Below, piece after piece: positions 1-10,537 of a stretch of DNA of 64,000 bases (position 1 is its first letter; the number at the start of each line of letters is the position of its first letter). Where the stretch lies: positions 2,496,001 to 2,560,000 of the forward strand of contig OZ242195.1 in assembly GCA_965205975.1 (NCBI GenBank), written 5' to 3'. The notes beneath the pieces were generated by a model, which worked only from the letters and a program-made list of their open reading frames with translations, ran no database searches and was not told the DNA's origin. This DNA comes from Candidatus Latescibacterota bacterium (GTDB lineage: Bacteria; Latescibacterota; UBA2968). The position numbers and the translations under genes are program-made.

Positions 1-116
1 TCTTGAGCAGATGTCCAATCTGACACTATTATCTTCTGTTTCACTTCCTTTAGATCTGGCAGATCTAAATCCAGCAAATCAAACAGGTCTTGAAGGCTTA
101 TTCTTGGACCAATCAT
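1..116 (-). CDS. 5' fragment of a gene running off the window; N-terminus resembles heparinase II/III-alginate lyase-like proteins
   Basis: ATG at 116, 5 nt after the previous stop; open to the window edge: MIGPRISLQDLFDLLDLDLPDLKEVKQK. Not in the ORF track; product weakly supported. Confidence 0.4.
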   Translation of the reverse strand, partial: MIGPRISLQDLFDLLDLDLPDLKEVKQKIIVSDWTSAQ

Positions 117-121
117 AAGTA

Positions 122-1315
122 TCAAACCCGCGTTAATTGGTTATAGATTTCAAGCCAGGACTCTCGCTCTTTTTCTACAGTGTAATCTTTTTTTATTTTT
201 TCCTGGGCGTTTTTACCAAAAAAATTTCGCTCCGATTCATCTTCAACAAAAATGCCTATTTTGTCTGCCAACTCATCGGAGTCATGGCTTGCTACCAAAA
301 AGCCATCTCTTCCGTCATCAATAACATCGCGATTCCCACATACATCAGTCGCAACAATCGGCAATCCACAAAACATAGCTTCCAACAGTGCATTTGGAGA
401 CCCTTCATGAAGCGAAGGAAAAACAAAAATATCCATCTCATGGAGCCAGGCACAGACAAGCGTATGTGGAATCCAGCCCGTGAAAGTGATATGGTTCCAT
501 AATTTTTCCTTTTTAAGCCACTTAATCCATTCCTTTTTTTCTTTTAGATCAGAAAATTCTCCCACCAACAGCAGGTGCAGATGTGAATATCGTCTAACGA
601 GCTTTGCAAATGCTTCAAAGAGATATTTGGTTCCCTTAACGTGACCTAAACGCCCGGCCGTTCCAATAATTATTTTCTCTTTTGTCTTTAGAGCCAGAAA
701 ACGCTCTATAAATTTGCGACTTGATCTTTTTTCATTCACTGCAAGTCTAACAAGAGAAATATTGGCAAATAGCAAAGGATCGAGGGCATTGTGAATCACT
801 GTTGCGTTTTCTATATTCCCTATGAGTCGCGCCTTATATAATAAATCAGAGTTTACGGATGTTACATAACACGCCTGTTCCAGAACCCATTTCAACGCAG
901 GCAGTCGTTCCGTGCTATAGCGCATAGACTCTACATCGCTCCCTCTCAGACTCACAATCAAAGGGACGCCAACTTCGCCTGCAACAAGTGCTCCAATTTG
1001 CCCGGTGGGCAAAGCAAAAATACTGTGTATTATATCAAACCCTTCTGACTCATTTAATCGTATAATATAATTTCCGATTTCCCGTTTTTCTCGGTGATCT
1101 CTGTATGGTGTACTCATCTCAGAAATCGTGCGATGTACCGTGACACCAGCTTCCACAACAGGTTTAACCTGAGAGATATTTCCATTAGGACCAGGCGCAA
1201 TAACATGAATATTGAGGCCCAGAGCAGATAGATTCCTGGCAAGCCTGAACGTAAAACTGCCCACTCCCCCTCGGCCAAAAGGAGGAAATTCGTAAGTAAT
1301 TATACAGATGTTCAT
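122..1315 (-). CDS. Glycosyltransferase family 4 (GT-B)
   Basis: N-terminal ITYEFPP..GGVG; C-terminal FVFPSLHEGSPNALLEAM (E-x7-E motif). Confidence 0.93.
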   Translation of the reverse strand: MNICIITYEFPPFGRGGVGSFTFRLARNLSALGLNIHVIAPGPNGNISQVKPVVEAGVTVHRTISEMSTPYRDHREKREIGNYIIRLNESEGFDIIHSIFALPTGQIGALVAGEVGVPLIVSLRGSDVESMRYSTERLPALKWVLEQACYVTSVNSDLLYKARLIGNIENATVIHNALDPLLFANISLVRLAVNEKRSSRKFIERFLALKTKEKIIIGTAGRLGHVKGTKYLFEAFAKLVRRYSHLHLLLVGEFSDLKEKKEWIKWLKKEKLWNHITFTGWIPHTLVCAWLHEMDIFVFPSLHEGSPNALLEAMFCGLPIVATDVCGNRDVIDDGRDGFLVASHDSDELADKIGIFVEDESERNFFGKNAQEKIKKDYTVEKERESWLEIYNQLTRV

Positions 1316-1326
1316 CTAAATATTGC

Positions 1327-2502
1327 TCACTCTTTTGTTTTTATGATTTCAGAAATAAGCTGTGCTGTTCTGTAAGCACCATTAAGTTGAATATTATATG
1401 CTACTGGCTTTCTGCATAAACTCTTCTGAATCTCTTTAGCCAGAATCTCTGGTGATAGTTTTTGCTCGTCAATTTTAGTGGCGAAACGCCTGTTGGCGAA
1501 CTTCTCTGCTCGCAATTCTTGATCCCCCCCTGCCTTTGCAGGGACCAAAATAGCTTTAACTCGCTTTTCGAGAATATTCATACAGGTGTTATAGCCTGCT
1601 CGGCTAATCGACAAATCCGCTATTTCCATCCACTCCAGAAAATTCGGTGTAAATCTATGCACAATAATGTCTTTCGCTCCCGCACAACATGCACGAAGTT
1701 CGTTAAAAGATGCTGCACTCAAAAATTCACCACAAAAGACAATAAATTTGCTTTTCAAATCTTTATTGAGGTATTTCTTAGCCTCAATACAGTTTCTCAA
1801 AAAATCCATAGTACCATAAGAATCAATTCCGCTTCCAGCAGTTATAAGAATCACGCTCTCATCGGGAGACAAATCGATATGAGAGGGAAGGAAGCCTGTA
1901 TCATGTTGATTCCAAGATTTTTTTTGAGAGACATAACCTGTATAATGAATTTCAATATCGATATGATGCCATGATGTGAAAAATTCCTCAACTTCACAGA
2001 ATTTCGGATCGGCATGGACAAATAGATGAGCAAAATAAGTATTCAAGATTGCACAACATCTCATCATATAAGATTTTGTATATTCTGTTTTTTCTTTTGG
2101 AATATCTCTTAAAGAACATATAACCTGCGTTCTCAATTGTTTTAAAAGTTTAATAGTATGCAGGGTTGGGAGCAATTCATCGCGCAAATACCATCTGCCA
2201 AAAGGGAAAAATTCTATAATGAACACATCAGGTTTAACTTCCTCAAATGTGGAATGAATAATTTGTTGACGCTGCGTGATGATATTCGAGTAAATAGGAC
2301 TGTCGGTTGATATTCCACCTTCGTCAAAATTAGGAAGGGGCCTTATTGTGACATGATCAGGATTAGAGTAATTAGAAAGTTCCCGACCCCCATTAAGATA
2401 GAAAAGGTCATATCCCTCTAACGCTTCAATGAGTTGACGAGTCCGGACATAGTGTCCAATTCCTCTAACGTGATGGCTGTAAAACAAAATTCGAGGCCGC
2501 AT
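1327..2502 (-). CDS. Predicted glycosyltransferase (GT28 C-terminal-like, COG4671 type)
   Basis: ILFYSHHVRGIGH, IEFFPFGR, SISRAGYNT, DQELRA motifs. Confidence 0.85.
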   Translation of the reverse strand: MRPRILFYSHHVRGIGHYVRTRQLIEALEGYDLFYLNGGRELSNYSNPDHVTIRPLPNFDEGGISTDSPIYSNIITQRQQIIHSTFEEVKPDVFIIEFFPFGRWYLRDELLPTLHTIKLLKQLRTQVICSLRDIPKEKTEYTKSYMMRCCAILNTYFAHLFVHADPKFCEVEEFFTSWHHIDIEIHYTGYVSQKKSWNQHDTGFLPSHIDLSPDESVILITAGSGIDSYGTMDFLRNCIEAKKYLNKDLKSKFIVFCGEFLSAASFNELRACCAGAKDIIVHRFTPNFLEWMEIADLSISRAGYNTCMNILEKRVKAILVPAKAGGDQELRAEKFANRRFATKIDEQKLSPEILAKEIQKSLCRKPVAYNIQLNGAYRTAQLISEIIKTKE

Positions 2503-2510
2503 TATTTGTC

Positions 2511-3740
2511 CTATTTTGAATCATCAACACATTCGGTAGTTTGGTAAATTTCCTGTGTTCGATAATAAATATCTAACCAGGTAGTAGATTCTCGTTCAGC
2601 AGAAAAATCTTCCTCTATCGTTTTTAGAGCAGCCGTTGCTAACTTTTGGCGCAATTGAGTATTTTGAGCTAAAAGTTCCAATCTTTGGGCCAGTGCTTCA
2701 GAAGATCCTGGCGAGACCAAAAACCCATTTTCCTTATCTTTTATGACGCCTTTAATACCATCAATGCGAGATGCAACTATCGGCAACCCGATACCCATTG
2801 CCTCCAGTAACGCATTGGGCGATCCTTCGTATAGGGATGGAAAAGCGAAAATGTCCAGCTCTTTGAGCCACGCAGAAACGTGCGCGTGAGGAACTGGGCC
2901 CGTGATTGTAACTTTCTTTTTTAATTTCAAATATTTGATCTGTTGCTTTGTAATCGCTTCATCATATTGACTTGTAAATCCGCCAACGAGAAGCAGGTGT
3001 GCTCTTGGGTAGGTTACTAACAGATCCTTAAAAGCCTCTAAAAGATGATTGAATCCTTTCTTGTGTCTTATAAGACCAGAAGTGCCGATCATTGGCGTGC
3101 TACCTTCTTTTATTTTTTTAAATTTTTGAAAAAATAGACGATAGCGCAAATTTTGTTTTTTTATAATCTCTGATAGCGCATCCGATTCGAACATTGAAAC
3201 ATCCACAGCATTGTCAATCACTTGAGAAAAAGGCAACGAAACAATTTTTTTTGCGATCTCTAAAAGCTCCGACGTGACGGATGTAACAAATGTGGCATTC
3301 TGAAGCACCCATTTTAATGTGCCCAAATAAACAGGACTAAAGCGCAATAACTCAATGTCATTTCCTCTGATACTCAATACCAGAGGGCATTTAATTGCTT
3401 CAGCCGCCCAGGAAGCTACGAAACCCGAAGGAAAAATGAAAAATCCATGCACGAGATCAAATTTCACCTCATCATTAAGACTGATCACATATTCTGTCGC
3501 TTCCTTAAGCTCGAGAGGATTAGCCTGAAGATAGTTACCCAAAGAAGGAAAAAGTCTATGCACAACAATGCCATCTTCTACGCTTGGCAAAATTTGAGCA
3601 TCGACTCGATTATTGCCAGGCGCAATGACATGGATTTGCACACCAGCGTTGACCAAATTCTTGGCAATCCTATAGGTCGCGGTTCCTACCCCACCTCGTA
3701 TCATTGGTGGGTACTGAAATGTCACGAAGCAAATTTTCAT
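2511..3740 (-). CDS. Glycosyltransferase family 4, paralog of 122..1315
   Basis: FVTFQYPP..GGVG; FAFPSLYEGSPNALLEAM; collinear similarity to the first GT4. Confidence 0.93.
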   Translation of the reverse strand: MKICFVTFQYPPMIRGGVGTATYRIAKNLVNAGVQIHVIAPGNNRVDAQILPSVEDGIVVHRLFPSLGNYLQANPLELKEATEYVISLNDEVKFDLVHGFFIFPSGFVASWAAEAIKCPLVLSIRGNDIELLRFSPVYLGTLKWVLQNATFVTSVTSELLEIAKKIVSLPFSQVIDNAVDVSMFESDALSEIIKKQNLRYRLFFQKFKKIKEGSTPMIGTSGLIRHKKGFNHLLEAFKDLLVTYPRAHLLLVGGFTSQYDEAITKQQIKYLKLKKKVTITGPVPHAHVSAWLKELDIFAFPSLYEGSPNALLEAMGIGLPIVASRIDGIKGVIKDKENGFLVSPGSSEALAQRLELLAQNTQLRQKLATAALKTIEEDFSAERESTTWLDIYYRTQEIYQTTECVDDSK

Positions 3741-3743
3741 ATC

Positions 3744-4796
3744 TCAAAAACTTTTAATTTTTCTTTTTAAAGAGCCTTTACAACAGGCTAATAGGAGCTT
3801 AAATCGTTCGCTGATGTCTATGTAATCCGTAAAACCCGTAAAATCCGAGTTTTGAAATCTGATGAATGAATTTATTCCAAGAAATGAGACTTTTTTGCAT
3901 TCATAAAAAAAACGCCAGCTCAGTACTTGTGCAAAAATGGGTTCTGGATAGAATTTCTGTTTCTCATTCGATGATTTAAGCTGGCTTAACCAGAACAGCA
4001 GTTGATCGAGAGACCCTCTATTGATTTTTGAAGAAAGACAGAGATATTGATGTGCTTCTTCAACTTGAGATGACTTTAAGAGACCACTTCTTTTTAAAAT
4101 ATTTTTTCTAACGGAATTTGAGAAGAACTTCTGCACATCGCGATATTTTTTCCCAATTTGATTAGCGTGTTCCCGGTATTTTATAAGTGGCTCATCAATA
4201 TTGTGCATTTGACATACCATCGCACATTTATCCCACAAGGCCATATCCTCAGCATGTAGAAAGTAGGGATCATATTTGAGCTCATTCTTGGTTAGTACTT
4301 GCTTTCTAATCATAACAGAAGGGTGGGCCAACGGTGTTTTGAAAAGCATAAAGCATTGTATCTCGTCATGAGAAATAGGAAACTTCCGAATATATTCTCC
4401 CGATTTCTTCATTACAATTACCCAACTCCCACAGACACCTACTTGAGGATTTTGACTCATAAATTCAAGCTGCCTCTCTAACCGCGAAGGCAAACAGATA
4501 TCATCACAATCTATTCGCGCTATGTACTCTCCTCTTGCTAATTTTAATCCTTTATTCAAGGAGCGGGTTAGACCAATATTGTCTCTATTCTTGATCACTC
4601 TGATTCTCGAATCGTCATATCCCTCAATAATCTCAAGGCTGTTATCAGAAGACCCATCATCAATAATTAAAAATTCAAAATTGGGCATTGTTTGCGTAAG
4701 AACGCTATTTATGGCCTCTCTTATATGAGTTGCACCATTATAAACAGACATTAAGACTGTGATTTTGAAATTCTTTTTTCCTTTTGAATAATTCAT
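3744..4796 (-). CDS. Glycosyltransferase family 2
   Basis: VLMSVYNG, IIDDGSSD, YIARIDCDD, HAED motifs. Start moved to ATG 4796, just after the upstream stop. Confidence 0.92.
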   Translation of the reverse strand: MNYSKGKKNFKITVLMSVYNGATHIREAINSVLTQTMPNFEFLIIDDGSSDNSLEIIEGYDDSRIRVIKNRDNIGLTRSLNKGLKLARGEYIARIDCDDICLPSRLERQLEFMSQNPQVGVCGSWVIVMKKSGEYIRKFPISHDEIQCFMLFKTPLAHPSVMIRKQVLTKNELKYDPYFLHAEDMALWDKCAMVCQMHNIDEPLIKYREHANQIGKKYRDVQKFFSNSVRKNILKRSGLLKSSQVEEAHQYLCLSSKINRGSLDQLLFWLSQLKSSNEKQKFYPEPIFAQVLSWRFFYECKKVSFLGINSFIRFQNSDFTGFTDYIDISERFKLLLACCKGSLKRKIKSF

Positions 4797-4803
4797 CTCA
4801 AGC

Positions 4804-5595
4804 TTATTCCTCAAACTCCATTGCGACAAAGGCTCTGGGCCTCAGAAACTGCCATCCTCTTTGAAACCAAATTATCTCCGGTTCCACCCGCTCACCAACA
4901 ATCTTTCTGGCAAAATTCCATCCCCAGTGTTTATTTGTTGGCACTTGAGACTGTAGCAAATCTTCAAACGAAATCCTTCCTTCTACGCTCCAATAATCCT
5001 TTCCGATACTTACCTCTGTCTTGAGGCTTTTAGGATTCCATGCCTTAGGATCTGTAAAAGGCATTAACAATGGAATCATTTCTTCTGGTATTTCTTTATT
5101 TCTTATTTTAGCTTTCAATTCTATTGATATTTTACAGATATCGATAATTATATTTCCAGCATTAACATTAATCCTTAAAAAAGAATCCTGCATGTTGTCT
5201 GGCAAGATGTAGAGGGCAACATTGTCGTCCTCTGTTATTTTCATTTTGTCGTGTACACTCATTTCTATTTTCAACTTTTCTGGATTTGAATCCCAGTTCA
5301 AAAACGAAAAATACAGATGCGATTTATCATACATCAACCTTACCTGGCTGCGGAGATTATCCTCAATAAATCTTCCGTCTGCGGTCGTGAATAGATTAAA
5401 TATGGGGGCTTGATTCCATACTTGATCCTCAAGTTTACCATCAATCTCAGGAACATCTTCAACAAGTGGAATACTTAGGGGAGTACTTGTATTTTGTCCT
5501 GGGATATCCTGGACATATCCCCAAAAAAATAAAATACTGCTCAAAATACTGCCAACAAGCAGACATCGAATATCAAGTCTTCTCAGTACTACCAC
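4804..5595 (-). CDS. Exported carbohydrate-binding family 9-like (DOMON-type) protein
   Basis: Hydrophobic N-terminus; PEIDGKLEDQVW, VRLMYDKSHLYF, WSVEGRISF, WGWNFAR; AAGGAG RBS before the GTG. Confidence 0.7.
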   Translation of the reverse strand: MVVLRRLDIRCLLVGSILSSILFFWGYVQDIPGQNTSTPLSIPLVEDVPEIDGKLEDQVWNQAPIFNLFTTADGRFIEDNLRSQVRLMYDKSHLYFSFLNWDSNPEKLKIEMSVHDKMKITEDDNVALYILPDNMQDSFLRINVNAGNIIIDICKISIELKAKIRNKEIPEEMIPLLMPFTDPKAWNPKSLKTEVSIGKDYWSVEGRISFEDLLQSQVPTNKHWGWNFARKIVGERVEPEIIWFQRGWQFLRPRAFVAMEFEE

Positions 5596-6157
5596 AGATT
5601 CTTCTCCTTGTTGTAGTTACGTTGAAGCAGCCCATATCGAGACCGATTTGCCTGCGCGTAGCACGTAAACAGGCAGACAAGCGCATAGGAGCCTGTGCCC
5701 CGATCAAAATGGAAAGCAGGAAAAGGGAATGACGCACTCTGGTACAGACGAGCACCGGCTGTACGTTGGAAAGTTTTGAGAAAAAATCGTGAGACGAGGA
5801 AAAGGAAGGATTGCGCGAATGCGGGAAATGAGGAAGATGAGGAAGGTTGAGAGAAAGAGGGTTTAAATCTACCCCCCCCCTTCCTTCATAAACTCATAAA
5901 AAACAATTATTTGAGAAGGTTTTTGGGAGATCATGGAATACATCAGGCACGTTAGAGGAACGATAAATAGTTCCGCGATGGCGCGAAGGTTTGAAATAAG
6001 TTGACGAAAGGTCTTCATAAAACCTATCCTTTGGATTACGAGACACACTCTTGAACTTCAAACGCAAAATAAGCCCGTCTATTTGGGCTGTCAAGTATTT
6101 TTTTGATAAAAAAAATCTATCTGTTCGCATGCGATAAGTTTTCCACCATCTCAACCC

Positions 6158-7741
6158 TCAACGCACATCGTATCGCAAAATTGCCACATAAGCACCCGCA
6201 AAACCCAGCACTGCCAGCAAAGTCAGATTGAGAAAGTGATAGGCATTCCGCGCCAAGCAGGAAGAAAAAGATTCGATATCCCGATACGTAAACGGCACAA
6301 AGTCACTCACATCGCGATCTTGTTTTGCGATTCGCCCTTTCTCGCGAATGAATTTTGCCATGTACCCAATGTGTATTCTCAGCGCATCTTCAATCTGTTC
6401 CTGCTGAACAAATCCCGTGCGGCATAGATCCATAGACGCAAATGTCACAGCACTAAATGGTGAAATGGCCGACACAGCCACTGTTGTCGTGCGGCGTTCG
6501 CGCAACTGATTCCGTTGCGCTTCCCGCAATCGCTTGAGGCCGTTGACAAACGCCATCTCTGCTTTTTCTTCAATTCTATCCCGCGCTTCATAATAAGCCG
6601 CCCGAGCGTCTTCTTCAGGCTCGCCACGGTACACAGCCATCTGGGCTTCACGAATTGCCTTGAGAGAAGCTTCGGGAATGGTGATGTATTTTTTTGCAAT
6701 CTGTTCGCGTTGTTCTTGCGACATGTCTCGTCCCCACTTTTTTGTCAGTTCCTGTATTTCTAAATAAGTATCTATACCCTTCACATTTAGCTGCTCAAGG
6801 CTTTCTCTTGCCCGTTGTCGCACTCTTTCCAGCCGTTCTTCATAATGCGTTTGGTAATCGTGTTTTTTGTCTCGCTTAATCTGCCAGAATAGTTCATCTA
6901 CCCGCTTTTGCACGGTCACAGAACTATCCACCGGCATCCATTCTCGCGACAAACGAACGCCTATGTCGGGCACAATAAAAATCCAGATCGTCCAGAGGCT
7001 CAAAAGTCCCAAGAACGCCGTCAGGCGTCGGGATGTTAGTGCCGAAGCCAAAAGGCCAAAAGCGGCAAACACACACAGATAGAGCGCAAACACGACCATC
7101 AAAGCACCCAATCGCAACCAATCTTCGGTCTGGAGTGCGACAGAAGGCGACAGCACCAATACGCAAACAGCGACCAAAAAACAAAAAACAAAGGGCACCA
7201 GTGCCATCAGTATTGCCCCTACCAGTTTAGACAGTGCCAGCATGGCTCGCGACACGGGAAAGGATGCGTACAGGCGAAGCGTACCCGACTCTTTTTCTCC
7301 ACATATCGCATCGTATATGAATAACAGAACCGCCAAACTCAAAACGAACTTCACAATAAAGGCCAGATCCAACACCCCAAAAAGCGCATAAATGGGGTCT
7401 TCCTCAAAAAGGCTGGCTTCCATGCGCGGCATCAGTTCGTGCTGGATATAAACCTCACGTCCCAATTTGCCCGACAAACCAAACACAAGTGGACTCAAAG
7501 GCTCTGGTCTGCGACCCCACCGATATCCCTTATGGGGCGTATCCCGATTATCGAGTACCGCCTGCAAATCCTGCCGATGGGTCTGCGAGGTGGCCTGATA
7601 TTCCCGCATCTGCTGGGCATAATTCTCAACGCCTACATACACGCTTAGTGCCGATAAGAGAACACACAATCCAAAAACAGCTATGAATCGGAAATCCGTC
7701 AGGTATTGCGCCAATTCTTTTTGAACCAATCGTCCAAACAT
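6158..7741 (-). CDS. ABC transporter permease subunit (ABC-2 type, large soluble loop)
   Basis: YDAICGEKESGTLRL motif, multiple TM segments, ends LRYDVR. Confidence 0.88.
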   Translation of the reverse strand: MFGRLVQKELAQYLTDFRFIAVFGLCVLLSALSVYVGVENYAQQMREYQATSQTHRQDLQAVLDNRDTPHKGYRWGRRPEPLSPLVFGLSGKLGREVYIQHELMPRMEASLFEEDPIYALFGVLDLAFIVKFVLSLAVLLFIYDAICGEKESGTLRLYASFPVSRAMLALSKLVGAILMALVPFVFCFLVAVCVLVLSPSVALQTEDWLRLGALMVVFALYLCVFAAFGLLASALTSRRLTAFLGLLSLWTIWIFIVPDIGVRLSREWMPVDSSVTVQKRVDELFWQIKRDKKHDYQTHYEERLERVRQRARESLEQLNVKGIDTYLEIQELTKKWGRDMSQEQREQIAKKYITIPEASLKAIREAQMAVYRGEPEEDARAAYYEARDRIEEKAEMAFVNGLKRLREAQRNQLRERRTTTVAVSAISPFSAVTFASMDLCRTGFVQQEQIEDALRIHIGYMAKFIREKGRIAKQDRDVSDFVPFTYRDIESFSSCLARNAYHFLNLTLLAVLGFAGAYVAILRYDVR

Positions 7742-7757
7742 TCACAGCCCCTTAAAA

Positions 7758-9194
7758 TCAACGCAGGTCATAGCGCAGCATTGAAACATGCGCGCCCAGA
7801 AAACAAAGCACACACCATAAAGCCAACAGACCCAAATTTACGATTCCCGCTTGCAAATCCGTATCCGGCCAAACGTCTCGATAAACCACACGCGGAACAG
7901 TCGTATAATCAATCTGATATTTTCCGTATTTTTTTGGATTTGCCTTGCTCAATTGATCTTGATTGAGTTCTTTCCAATACCACGCACCATGGGCATCGCG
8001 TGTGTCATCAAAAGCATTGAGATATCGCTTATGACGACCTATCCCCGTGCCCGCCAGTTTAATCGTCATCTGATCAAGCGCAAACTTTGGCGACATCCTG
8101 GCAATCAGCATCGCCAGATCAAATCGCGCATTGTACTGATTTTCAAACGCTTCTTCCAATCTCGCGGTCTCTGGTTGTGCTTTTTTTCGCATGGCATCGC
8201 GCACACGTAACCGCATCTCCTGGCGCGCTTCTCTGCCTTCAGGCGATCTATACCAGGGTTCTCCTATTCTTTGTTGATAATCATTTTCCCATTCTATTTG
8301 TTGCTTAAAACGCGTTCGCGTATTCTCACGGCTCATAGCCCTTAAATTTGCCTGCAATTGCTGTTGAGAGGGCGCAGGGCGAATCACGTCTGCCGCTATC
8401 AGACTCAGACGCGGTACGATTGCCACAACGACGACCCAAAAAAACAAAAGGATGACAAAGGAAGTCGCCTCTCGATAAACCAGAGACGATGCAAAAACCC
8501 CCGCACAAACAAAAACTGTGAGATACAATGCAAACCCCACAACAATCCAAGTTAGACGGGTCAGTTCAGGCCCTCGAATTTGCACGTCAGGCAATAGCAA
8601 AACTATGCCAATACCCGCCACAAGAGGTACGCCAAAAGCGAGCGCAGTTGGGATCAGCGCGCCCAAAATTTTGGCAACGAGCACCTGCACGCGCGCAATG
8701 GGAAATGAGCTCAACAATCGAAGTGTCCCGCGCTCCTTTTCGCCATTAATAGCGTCATACGTCAGGAGCAAAGCAAACAAACTCAAGACCATTTTGACCA
8801 CACTGTCCAAATCCAGAAAGGGGAAAATACCCAGTGTTGGTTCCTCTGCCACAGGACTAAATTTTAACCGTCGTGCGTGTTGATAAGCAATATACCCCGT
8901 CCTGCCCAACGTGGGTTCAATACCCCGCACAAAAATGCTCATCGCAGTCGGTGGTTTCGATGTTGGATACCCCACATCTCCTGCCGTGCCCATATCATTT
9001 GCCTCAATCAGATAGGCCCGGTGACTTTCAGTCAGCGTCTCCGACAAACGATGGTCTGCCAACGAATCGCGATAATATCCATATCCACTATACAGGCTCA
9101 AGGCAATAATACCTGCCCCCAAAACAGTCAGGATCAGAAACCGCAAACTCAGAATATGATCCAGAATTTCTTTTCGAAGTAAATGACCCAGCAT
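7758..9194 (-). CDS. ABC transporter permease subunit (ABC-2 type), paralog
   Basis: YDAINGEKERGTLRLL, TM segments, ends LRYDLR; GGGAGA RBS. Confidence 0.88.
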   Translation of the reverse strand: MLGHLLRKEILDHILSLRFLILTVLGAGIIALSLYSGYGYYRDSLADHRLSETLTESHRAYLIEANDMGTAGDVGYPTSKPPTAMSIFVRGIEPTLGRTGYIAYQHARRLKFSPVAEEPTLGIFPFLDLDSVVKMVLSLFALLLTYDAINGEKERGTLRLLSSFPIARVQVLVAKILGALIPTALAFGVPLVAGIGIVLLLPDVQIRGPELTRLTWIVVGFALYLTVFVCAGVFASSLVYREATSFVILLFFWVVVVAIVPRLSLIAADVIRPAPSQQQLQANLRAMSRENTRTRFKQQIEWENDYQQRIGEPWYRSPEGREARQEMRLRVRDAMRKKAQPETARLEEAFENQYNARFDLAMLIARMSPKFALDQMTIKLAGTGIGRHKRYLNAFDDTRDAHGAWYWKELNQDQLSKANPKKYGKYQIDYTTVPRVVYRDVWPDTDLQAGIVNLGLLALWCVLCFLGAHVSMLRYDLR

Positions 9195-9398
9195 AAATTT
9201 TCTCCCACATCAGCTTCTAACACATCAGCTTTATCGGATAAGCCCGTAAGACCCACTCGCAGAGAGCTTTAGCGTTGTGCCGCATGGCGAAGGGCTTTGA
9301 TTTTGGTCTCTGCGAGTGCTTTAGCATGGTGGCGCATCGCTAAGCGGCGATGTGGGTGGTGAATCATTGAAATTATCCGTTCACAGGCCACATAAGAC

Positions 9399-9427
9399 TT
9401 GCATAAGTTACTGTTTTTGTGTATATT
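9399..9427 (+). promoter_or_regulatory. Sigma70-like promoter for a probably leaderless tnpB mRNA
   Basis: TTGCAT-N17-TATATT; predicted +1 falls on ATG 9434; no SD sequence. Confidence 0.5.
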
Positions 9428-9433
9428 TATACT

Positions 9434-10537
9434 ATGGAATACTTAACATACAAATACAAAATGTATAGTCGTTGTGACCGCAATAAGTATCTCCATCGAG
9501 ATATAGACGCCTTTGCAGGTGTGTATAACCATTTCATCGCGTTGCACAAGCGATACTATCGGCGTTTTGGTAAATATCCGAGCAAGTACACGATGATCAA
9601 TCATCTGGCAAAACTGAAGCGAACCACACGCTTTGCCCACTGGTGCTTGTTGCCATCCCAGGCATTGCAAAATGTGGTAGAGCGCATAGACTTTGGCTAT
9701 CAGAAATTCTTTGCCAGAGACAACAAGCGACCGCCTACCTTCAGGTCAAAATTTCGGTATCTGTCCTATACGCTAAAGCAGGCAGGCTACAAGTTTCTTG
9801 AGGGTAACAAGGTGCGTATCGGCAAGCGTGTCTTCAGATACCATAAGAGTAGATGCTTCGATGCAGATAGCATTAAGACGGTTACAATCATCCGTGACCG
9901 CGTAGGCGACCTGTGGCTATGTGTTGTCGCAAAGGCAGAAGGTATCAAGCAAGTCATTGCCAAGAACGGTAAAACCGCAGGCTTTGACTTTGGCTTGAAG
10001 ACATACCTGACAGCCTCTGACAATACACGCACACAATCGCCTTTGTTCTTTTCTCGCAACACCAGACAGGTCAAGAAAGCCAACCGCAATCTTTCTCGCA
10101 AACAGAAAGGGAGCAACAATCGCCATCGAGCAAGGCTACATCTTGCCAAAGTGCATCGGCATGTTGCCAATCAGAGGCGAGACTACCACTGGCGACTTGC
10201 CCACCACCTGTGCAAAGAATATGACATTGTGTGCTTTGAGAAGCTGAACATCAAAGCCATGCAAACGCTGTGGGGCAGGAAGATTAACGACTTGGGCTTT
10301 GCCAACTTCTTGACCATTCTCAAGTATGTCGCACAAAAGACAGGCAAGAAAGTCAAGCAACTTAACCAATGGCTGCCAACTTCTAAGACCTGCTCTGCTT
10401 GTGGCACTGTAAAAGAAGATCTCCCCTTGCGAGAGAGGACGTTCCGTTGCGAATGTGGGTTCGAGATGGACAGAGACCTCAACGCAGCAATAAACATTCA
10501 CAGGTGGGGACATCCACCTATGCAGGAGGTTGCGTAA
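9434..10537 (+). CDS. tnpB: RNA-guided endonuclease TnpB
   Basis: RuvC-I GFDFGLK, RuvC-II FEKLN, Zn ribbon CSACG..CECG, RuvC-III DRDLNAAINI. Confidence 0.95.
   Translation: MEYLTYKYKMYSRCDRNKYLHRDIDAFAGVYNHFIALHKRYYRRFGKYPSKYTMINHLAKLKRTTRFAHWCLLPSQALQNVVERIDFGYQKFFARDNKRPPTFRSKFRYLSYTLKQAGYKFLEGNKVRIGKRVFRYHKSRCFDADSIKTVTIIRDRVGDLWLCVVAKAEGIKQVIAKNGKTAGFDFGLKTYLTASDNTRTQSPLFFSRNTRQVKKANRNLSRKQKGSNNRHRARLHLAKVHRHVANQRRDYHWRLAHHLCKEYDIVCFEKLNIKAMQTLWGRKINDLGFANFLTILKYVAQKTGKKVKQLNQWLPTSKTCSACGTVKEDLPLRERTFRCECGFEMDRDLNAAINIHRWGHPPMQEVA

Noticed and set aside
5760..5890. Purine-rich low-complexity tract and C9 run as an IS end or array
   Set aside because: No consistent repeat unit, matching inverted repeat or transposase remnant.
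5894..6154. 86-aa minus-strand ORF
   Set aside because: No recognisable motif or RBS; likely spurious.
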